Source: Schizochytrium sp. TIO01 (Eukaryota; Protista; Bigyra: Labyrinthulomycetes). Taken from it: 64,000 bases of DNA. Under the pieces are notes generated by a model. The model searched no databases and was not told where the DNA came from. It saw only the letters and a program-made list of their open reading frames with translations. The stretch covers positions 806,001 through 870,000 of the forward strand of contig SMSO01000032.1 in assembly GCA_004764695.1 (NCBI GenBank), in the 5' to 3' direction. Below, one piece after another: positions 55,478-64,000 of the stretch (position 1 is its first letter; each line of letters starts with the position of its first letter). Both the position numbers and the translations under genes were made by a program.

Positions 55478-58400
55478 TTAAAACAAAGAGGATACTGCAG
55501 CGTCTGCCTCGACAAGGGGGCGAAGAGCTGTTTCTGGAATGATTTTTGAGCACTCGCGCAAAGTAGAACGCATAGCATCATCAAGTTCGAGAGTGACCAC
55601 ACGATCTGCCCAGAAAGAATCCTTTTTGCGTTGGTAAAAATTAGAAAGGCTGGAACCATCTTGGGGTTTGCCCGCGCCCAGAGCCTCTAGTAAGCGCTGA
55701 GAAGCGACTTCACGTTGCAGATCTGAATGCAGATCTGCACGAATGTCTGCCCAGACATGAAGAACAGATGAAAAGCGATGTTGGTCGGCTTGCAAGGTAG
55801 AAAGGTCCACATTGCTCCATGGTTGGCGAGCAAGGGTATCTGTCAATTGGGAGCACAAAACCAATGCCCAAAGTTTGCGCCGCCATATTCCAAATGCAGA
55901 ACCTCCAATATCTTTGTAGCTGGACAGCCATTCATCGATGAGACGAAGCATGGGAATTCCCGGGACTGCATTACAAAGGGCCTGGGTACCATATTCAAAG
56001 ACAAAGCGAGCAAGAATTGTTAGATAAGTCACATGCAGTTGTTGCCCAAGAACTGCAGACTTGTTTTCCAATACTGTTGATGCTATGCGTTGGAAAACAG
56101 GAGTGAGAATAGTGGGAACATTTTGGGATCGTGTACGCAGGAGGATTTCTAGCGAACGAAGAAGGCGCATTTCCTGCTGGTCCTTGAGATAGCCCCGGGC
56201 TACATAATTGTCGAAGAGAGGCAACAGTGTGCTGTTGCCAAAATCACGAACAATATCATCTGCAGCGGACAGTAGATGGGCCTCGAAGATATCAACAATC
56301 CTTGCAAAGAAAGCAACGTCAGTGCCGAACGCGGACAAAAGTGAAGGCAACCGCTGGGTCAGAGCATGCATGCCAGGTGTATAACGAGCAGTGGATTTTG
56401 CAATGGCTGCCCAAAGGTCTACAGCCGGCTCGCCTAAGTAAACAAAGTCAGGATTTTGTGTGTCTGTACATGCCGCGACTAACGGGAGCAAAAGTTCTTG
56501 AAGTTCAAGAATAATATTATACTTGCGCTCGGCATCTAGGTTTTCGGCCTCGCCAATTTTTTCAGCAACATTTTGCAGCAGCTGGAGAACGGCGATTTTC
56601 CAGAGACTCCATTCGGACCCTTCGTGGCGGCCCCACAAGGTGGAGATCGGCTGCAGAAGATCTGGCAAGCTACGCAGAATATTTTCCTCCACGCGTGTCA
56701 CTAATACAGAGACTGTGTTGATAATACCCTGGTGCGTTGAACTGAGTTCGCATGTACTACTTAACGTCATGGCAGCGCGAATTGCTCGCGTTTGATATGG
56801 CTCAAAGAGTTGAGCTTGAAAACACCAAGATTCAAGTAAACGCTGGATGGCACGCATGGCCTGAATGCGTACAACTAGGTCTGTGTTGGAGTTCTCAGTG
56901 AGAGACAAAAGAAACTCATAAAGCGCATCCTGCTTGTCTTCATACGACTCGGAGGGAATACAGCCCAAAAGCCACAGAATGCGACTACGAAGAAGATTGA
57001 TGGCCAGGTGCTCTCGAGAATCCCCCAAGAGAGGAAAGAGGCTCTGCTCAAGCCACTTGCGGAATGGAAGCTTTTCGTATAACCAATAGGCGCAAATTCC
57101 AATGGCCCCATACACTGCCTCTCGCAGGGCGGCTGCATCTGACATGCCAGAGCCATTAATGATCTCGCTGTTTTCGGTTTCTTTCAGCATATCCAGGAGG
57201 ACCGAACTAGTGGGGTCAGGGTAAGTGTCCATTAAAGCAAGCATAAGGTTTTCGCAAGCGGGTCTAAATGTACGGGTCGCACTTTGTTCTTCTTCACGAA
57301 GAGCGAACTCCTCAGGTGAGCTTTCCCACTCCTCAATATCTTCATCGCTGAGAACCATTGCTCGCATGACAATACCACGCACAACTTCATGAATACGATC
57401 ATTTGACCAGAATTGTGATAAAAGTTGATGCGCGGCTTGTGCGGAGTTTGTGGTGCCAGACTCTTCGACATCACCTTGAGCAGTAATGAGCTTTCCACTT
57501 CCTCGGGGCTCCTCAGCGCTGCTGGTGAGTTTATACTCGTTGCAGTTGATCACGTTTGCAAGCATTGTCACGCTCAACACAGCTAGTTTTTCATCAAAAA
57601 AACCTTGCTGATTGTGAGTGACAAGGCATGGAGTGTTTTGCATGAACATGATACTGTTCTGGTAAGTTTTCTCAAGGACAGGTTGGAGATAGGGAACAAA
57701 ACCCAGTGGCTTTTTCTCTTGAGCATCGTTAACAAGACGAAACAATGCACGGAGAGTCTTTGTGGTTGACTGAATCAGTGGTCTTGCCCGAGAGTTCAAA
57801 GTTGGATCCGTGCGCATGGTTGAGGCAGCATAGCAAAGCTGCAAGAGGTTTTGTTCAATGGGAGACGTGCAAAGTTCTTGGAATAAAACGCGGGGTTGTG
57901 GCCCAGAGGCAAAGGTCTCCTCTGACCATCCGTATGCAACAAGCACATGCATAATCTTACTTGCAGCTAAAACAACCTCGCCGCGTTCTCTATTTTCTAG
58001 AGAGTCTTGTTCAGCCCCGCGCGAAAGCATGATAGAAACCTGCTGGCTCCACAAGTTGTGTACTCCGTCAATAAGGTGGACACACAAATCACGAAATTGT
58101 TGTTTGTCAGTTGGCAGACGTTTGGTATTGAGCTCCTTAAGCACACTCAGGGTCGCTTGCAGACCTCGACGTGTCTTCAGAAGGTCTCTTTCGTCAATCA
58201 ATGAAGAAAGTGCTGGGAAAAGGTCTGGCCAGGCTCGGGGCCATTCTGCGCGAGCAATGCTTGCCAGGCCGAGGTTAAGCTGTGCTGAGACTTGTTGGAT
58301 CGGCTCTGCAAGACTTTGTAAGATTCTGGACTTGATTTCCGCACGGTCCTCGTTGCTAAACGAATCCTTGCGGGACCATTGTTTTTGCAGAGTATTTTTC

Positions 58401-58861
58401 AAGTGAACAGCTGCAAGTATACGGAGTGGGTCAGGAAGCTCTTGGCCAGCACGAGCTACAATCAAGAGTGCTGGTAAGAACCCAGGTCTACCCTGTAGGC
58501 GCCCAAGCTCTTCTTCGCCGGCTTTGCGTGTCTTCGCAAGGATTGTCAAATCAAGCAAAATTTATCCAAATATGTCCAACAAGTCATAGTCGACACAAGT
58601 TAGTCATTCGTACATTCCCCAAAGCTCTGGTTATAGAGCACATTCGTACAGCATTCTATGCACAATTTTGTTCACACGGAGCATTCTATTTGCCTTTGGC
58701 CCAAATTGGTATCATAATTGTTTGCGGCGAAGACTGCACGAAACATCGTTCAAACAATCGCCCAAACCAATCGCCAGCCAAGTATATTGAGAGTCTCTAC
58801 TTACGCTTGCGTCCTGAGAGAGCGTCGCTTCTAACACGCGTGCGAGTGTATTAACCTCCAT
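55478..58861 (-). CDS. IPO11: Importin-11 (karyopherin-beta family), 2 exons, 1036 aa
   Basis: Exon 1 is 58861..58805 (MEVNTLARVLEATLSQDAS) and exon 2 is 58531..55478 (TRKAGEEEL..RPGF). IBN_N motifs LAAVHLKN and IARAEWPRAWPDLF. KELNTKRLPTDK and EWESSPEEF...RPACENL are typical of IPO11. Confidence 0.88.
58532..58804 (-). other. Spliceosomal intron (273 nt) of importin-11
   Basis: GTAAGT donor, GACTAAC branch motif, first downstream AG used (AAG). The joined exons give a canonical importin N-terminus. Confidence 0.8.
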
Positions 58862-59421
58862 CGTGCTGATAGTGTTGCCTCGAGAACTTTCTCGCTGTGG
58901 TTTGGTACCCAGACTATCTGGATTGCTGGTTGTCCACAACGCTCCATACGTGGTAGTAGTACAGACATTCGTTCATTTTCATTGTTTTACTATCCATTAT
59001 GAATGGCATTTAATCCCTTTTTATCTAATTATTCTATTTTTTATAACTTGAAAAATAATAAATAATAAATAATAATTTTAATTTTAAATAAATTACAACT
59101 GGGGCCTATTCCTCCCACTGTACCTGCAGGCTATTCAGATCACAACACTTTTGTAGCTGTTTTCAATGACAAGGGAAGTGAAAGTATTGAGATTTATATA
59201 GTAGCAAGATCACATGTAGATCAATACCTAGAAAAATTGGGGAAACCAATATAGGGGGTATGCTACGTGTGTAGCATTGACCCTATGTCTTTTGTGCTCC
59301 TTGAATTGGTGCAAGCGCTTGTTTGAAATTAGGCGAACATCATTGGACTGTATAATAGGCTGTCAAATTTAAGGAAACAGGAAACACAAGGTGAAAATAA
59401 TTAAGAAGTAAAAATAACAAT

Positions 59422-61812
59422 TTACGAAGGCATGCATGGGACATATACATCCTTTGAGGAGTATACGAGTTCGATTGCATCGAGATACTTTTCTTCCACA
59501 ATGCCGCGCCTTAGTTTTAAGGTCGCTGTGAGCTCGCCTGTAGAGATACTAAAGTCCAAAGGCAATATCGTAAATTTTTGGATTTTAGCTGCGTTGGAAG
59601 GAACAACACTACCATCCAAATTAACAGTTGTGATTACATCAATGATCTTTTGAACATATTCTTGGGACTCTCTTGCTTGGTTTACCGTAGTGACTCCCTC
59701 AACAAAGTTGCGTGCTGCTGCATCAAGTTCATTGCTGCCAGGGAGCTCACCTGTAGCCCCTACAGTCTTTAAGGTCACCAAAACAATGTTATACTTGCGT
59801 TTATCACCTACCATCATGACATTAGATAGCGCAGGGCACTTGGCAAGAATTGCATCCTCGATTGGTACAGGAGCAATGTTTTCTCCTCCAGCACCAATAA
59901 TAAGTTCCTTGTATCGTCCGGTGACACGAATCATCCCAACAAAGTCCATGCATCCTTTATCTCCAGAGTGCATCCAGCCCTCTTCATCAATAGCCTCACT
60001 GTTTTTCTTCCGGATTTCTTCAACATGATCAGGGCCTAACTCTGGATTCGCCATGTACCCTAGCATTATATGACGGCCGCGAAAGCAGACCTCACCTTCT
60101 TCCTCGGGCAGGGGTGCCCGAATATCTTTTGTGCGGGGGCATTCAATATTAATCGCGCTCGAATCTACAGGTTTGTCGCCATCATCGTCTGCGGGACGCA
60201 GGATTTTTATTTCAACCCCCGGTAGAGCAAATCCAACACTTCCCCATAAATGAGTGAGCGGCGTATTCATTGTTGTTGTGCCACAACATTCTGACATTCC
60301 ATATAGCTCATTGATATGGATATTCAGAGACGCAAAATATTGAATAGTTGTATCTTTGAGTGGGGCTGCACCCGAGTATCCCATGCGACATCGATCCAAG
60401 CCTAATGCTTGCTTTATCTTGGCAAGAAGCTTTGCAGCAGTACTGTAACCCACAGGAATCTTTCCGGTTCCACCAAGTTGACGCTGTTCAGAAAACGTAA
60501 GAGCTTTATGTTTTGCCCAATCTGCAATCTTCCGCTTAGCACCCTTCACATTGGCGCCAACTTCAAGCATCCGTTCATGAATTTTTTCCCACACTCGTGG
60601 CACTGCTAGGAAAATTGAGGGTCGAACCAAGCAAAGACGGTCTTTCAGTGAACCAGCTTTCAAGTCATACGGTCTTGCCATTGTTGTCTCCCAGGTGAAC
60701 CCAAGGTTGCCATAATCATGAACAGCAACAATGGGTATAAAAATATCTGACATTGCACCGGCGATGTGCGAAAGGGGAAGGTACGATAATGTCCTTTGAA
60801 TATCGTTCGTATCAAGGAACTTTGACATTGTGAGGAATATAGATCGACATCCAAAAATTACGTTGTCATGACTGTCAAGAGAATTCGCAGTGTCCCGGAA
60901 AGAACCGTTCGTTAGTTTAGATATACCTCTTTTTCTGTGCGATCTATGCCACAGTACCTATTGAATTGAGTTATCATTGTAAACTTACCTAATCATGACT
61001 GCTTTGGGTTGCCCTGTTGTACCACTAGTAAAGATGAGATCACAACAGTCTGATGGTTTTATGGCGGCGATCCGGGCCTTCACCTCATCCTGATAATTAC
61101 AGCCCAATCCTTGAAGCTCTTCCCAGTGTAGCATTTTGATTTCCGTCCCATCTGCACGAATGTAGGGGGATGAGTTTCTTGGGAACTCTGGGTTCCAGTG
61201 AACGATTGCCTTTAGATAAGGTAACTTTTCAGCAACTTCAATGAATTTTGCAGAAGCTGACATCGATTCTGCAAAGGCAATCGATGTATTTGTGAGGCGG
61301 GCTTTCCAATAAATCTGTTCGGCTGTATCACTAGGGTATATACCAGTAAAAGCGCCATGGGCGCACATAGTGGCTATAGAAGCAATGTTCCACTCCGGAG
61401 CATTACATCCAAATATACATGTTGAGTCGTACTCTTGAAATCCCAATGCACACATTCCACCTGCAACCTGTTTTGCTATTTTAAAGTATTCCACATAAGT
61501 CCACCTTGTCAAATCTTTAGGGTCAAAAGCTGGCGGGACTTTCTTCGTGACAGGGTCGAGAGGTGGGCACGGTCTTTCAACAGCAAGGGCACATCCATTT
61601 CCGTAGCCTTTTTCAACTAGTGCCTCGAAAATATGAATCAACGTAGAGGGGGGGCACAAGTCTTGTGATGCAATTCCTTTCTCTGCGAAGCTGATTGGCC
61701 TTTTCTCTGTGATCAGTGTTGTGAAGTGAGGTGCATCTTCTCGCCGATATTTGCTTAACGTTTCAGGAGGTTGTTGTGCTGGTGCAACAGGACGAGAAAC
61801 CCCTCCGCCCAT
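59422..61812 (-). CDS. ACSBG: Long-chain fatty acyl-CoA synthetase, bubblegum (ACSBG)-type, 2 exons, 757 aa
   Basis: Exons 61812..60989 and 60871..59422 join to give IFTSGTTGQPKAVMISHDN. Also SYLPLSHIA, ELYGMSEC, GWMHSGD, GRYKELIIGAGGENIAPVPIED and GELTATLKLRR. Confidence 0.9.
60872..60988 (-). other. Spliceosomal intron (117 nt) within the AMP-binding motif
   Basis: AG|GTAAGT...TTGACAG|T restores the SHDN motif. Confidence 0.9.
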
Positions 61813-63142
61813 ACTGCTTTGCTATGAGTCGGAACTCCGCACGTGTTTGCTTTATTCGTACTTCGATATGGTTTATTCTATAGGCGCGTACCTTCGCGGC
61901 TGATTGCCAGGTACGGCAACAAACAATGGCAAGGACCTTCCAGCACGGCCATTCGGGCATTGCATGTCATGAAAAGAACTTAGCCTCAGCAAAGGTACCT
62001 ACCTATAAGCACGATAGTTCTCCAGTAACATCTAGATGCCTTCGATGTTTCACTGCTCCTTAGCGCGGAGTCAAAGCTCACCTTGGGGCTCTTAAGTATG
62101 TTCCTAGATTTTCCAGTAGTATGTGGACTTGTAAAATGTGTGCTTGCAGCTGATGGATTTTCCTTGACTTGCTCCAAGTAGCAAATTGGTATATTGGTTT
62201 CTTCCTGATCTCCAGAGCAAGTTGTGTTTTTTGAATAGGTGAAGGCTCCCTACAATTGCTCTCACTGTATTTGTGAATACACAGGCACAATCTGTTTTCT
62301 AGCTTTAGAAAAGAGCACATCATACATCTAGTTGTGGGCTGGGAAGAAATATTGAGAAAATGCAGAGCAAAAGGTGAGCAACTGCTTTAACGGATCGACC
62401 AGGACCCCTTCTAGGAACTAAGTAAATATAGAGATCCATTTTAGAAAAGGCCCTCATTTTTACAGATTAAAAAAAACACAAAAAAAACGTGGCAATGTTG
62501 CACACCACCTCAAAGCAATATAACTTCTTTGATGTTAAGAATGTGCATGAACTAGCGACATCTCTAGACTGAATACCCATGTTCATTTTAAAACCCTGTA
62601 CACTAAAATCCAGCAACCACATGATCTTAGACGCTTGAAGTTTCTTCGTTTTCGTGTACCCAACAAAGTCCAAGTTCCAACACTAAAAATCATTTTGTCT
62701 TATTTTTTTAATTATATAAGAATCAAACTATATTTTCCTCTCTTTTAAAATAATGGAGCACAGAGGTTCCCTCATCTGAGCTTGTGACCCGGCCGTGACC
62801 CGGCCAATATCAACTGAATGAGCATATACCCTACTACCTTTCTTAAAGCTAGAGTATTACAACTCAGAACTTAAGAGAATCCCTCTAAATAAACTTAAGG
62901 GAATATGAAGCAAATTTGTCCGTTAAATCACATGTACATAGTTGCTATTAATGTTAGGGGACGTGAGCACGAGAAATAGAGATATTGTAAGTCGAATAAG
63001 TAACGCGGTAGTACTAGTTTCATCGTCTTTGGCTCCTGTTCTCCTACATTCTGGGCTAGTTTTCTTCGCCAAGGTTTCATCCCTCCTTAATACTTTTTGG
63101 AGAGTCGCGAGCTCCATTTTTCTTCGAGCTTACTCATGTTGA

Positions 63143-64000
63143 ATGATGGCTTCTGAAGAGGAGGGGGAAGACTTTTTGCAGCGTGCTTTGGCAGCAACAG
63201 ATCGTGTAGCTGTCTCTTCTGCGTTTAAAAAATTTGATGTTGATCATTCGGGACTCATCTCTGCAGACGAGTTAGGCTTGCTTTGTGCAGAGTTAGGCGT
63301 TGAGCTTGGGCCTCTGGAGCTTGAAACAACATTGCGTAAGCTTGATGCCGATGGCTCTGGCCAGATAGAACTGGCTGAATTTGAGGGATGGTGGACCGGT
63401 CGAATGGATGAGGTTCTCGGAGAGAAATTGAGCAGTATTGCAGCCCAGGGCCGGCGCGAGAATCATACCGACATTTATGTTGCCAGCTGGAACGGGCAAC
63501 TGGAACTTGTAGAAGAATTTCTATCGATGGATGCCACACTTTGCCGAGCTACTGATGAGAGTGAATTTGGCGCAGGGTACACAGCCTTGCATTATGCTTC
63601 ATACGCAGGTCACTTTCATATAGTTGATGCTTTGGTCAGCAAATATCGCGCTCCTGTAAATGCCACAAACGGGGCTGGCTGTACCGCTCTTTTTCTTGCA
63701 AGCCAGCAGGGTCATGCTGAAGTTGTCAAGCTCTTGTTGCGACATGGCGCTCGAGTTAATGAAACAGAACCGACACATGGGTTTTCTGCCCTTGATGTAG
63801 CCTCGAGCCCAGTTGTACGTGGGATTTTATTAGAGGAGTGTGATGACTCGCCTCCGCCAACTATCGAAAACGCCCCGCAAGTCTCATGTCCACAATTCGG
63901 CTCGTTGGAGGTGTCCTGGGAAGTCCCGAAAGTAACAAGCAAGAGCCTTCCTTTACAGAATTATATTCTCGAGCTTGCGCGAGACCCGGATAGTCACAAC
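63143..64000 (+). CDS. EF-hand pair + ankyrin repeats + probable start of an FN3 domain; 3'-truncated by the window edge
   Basis: Absent from the ORF track because there is no stop. My translation: MMASEE...FKKFDVDHSGLISADEL...KLDADGSGQIELAEF (two EF hands); GYTALHYASYAGH and GCTALFLASQQGHAEVVKLLLRHGA (ankyrin); APQV...SLEVSWEVP...LQKYILE (FN3-like). Open for 286 codons to 64000. Confidence 0.88.
   Translation, partial: MMASEEEGEDFLQRALAATDRVAVSSAFKKFDVDHSGLISADELGLLCAELGVELGPLELETTLRKLDADGSGQIELAEFEGWWTGRMDEVLGEKLSSIAAQGRRENHTDIYVASWNGQLELVEEFLSMDATLCRATDESEFGAGYTALHYASYAGHFHIVDALVSKYRAPVNATNGAGCTALFLASQQGHAEVVKLLLRHGARVNETEPTHGFSALDVASSPVVRGILLEECDDSPPPTIENAPQVSCPQFGSLEVSWEVPKVTSKSLPLQNYILELARDPDSHN

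Noticed and set aside
47580-61960. Many short antisense or alternate-frame ORFs inside the large genes, and GTG/TTG-extended starts in the track
   Set aside because: They are shadow ORFs of well-supported CDSs. For a eukaryote the first in-frame ATG was used instead (22395, 35454, 40429, 42900, 47650).

Overview
Eukaryotic, intron-poor genomic DNA with microsatellite-rich spacers. Short GTAAGT...AG introns, flagellar genes and a GRK suggest a flagellated protist, most plausibly a thraustochytrid/labyrinthulomycete stramenopile (inference only). Left to right: a possible gene start at the edge; a PH-domain AGC kinase (-); about 11.5 kb with no recognisable gene; a head-to-head pair of giant paralogues (about 2,100-2,200 aa); a GRK-type kinase ending in CaaX; a chromodomain-acidic-multipass membrane protein; two small probable flagellar genes (one in 3 exons); an orphan 688-aa protein; an ASCC3/Slh1 helicase; a two-domain atypical thioredoxin; importin-11 (2 exons); a bubblegum-type acyl-CoA synthetase (2 exons); and an EF-hand/ankyrin/FN3 gene cut by the right edge. 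The best candidate for an undescribed system is the paralogue pair. Each protein combines a 4-TM module with Cys-bearing loops, a 600-850-aa array of C-x2-[C/H]-aromatic-C-x2-H units and a conserved C-terminal domain I do not recognise. The + copy is split by a +1 frameshift. No RNA genes, CRISPR arrays or recognisable mobile elements were seen. All family assignments come from motif recognition by eye, not from database searches.
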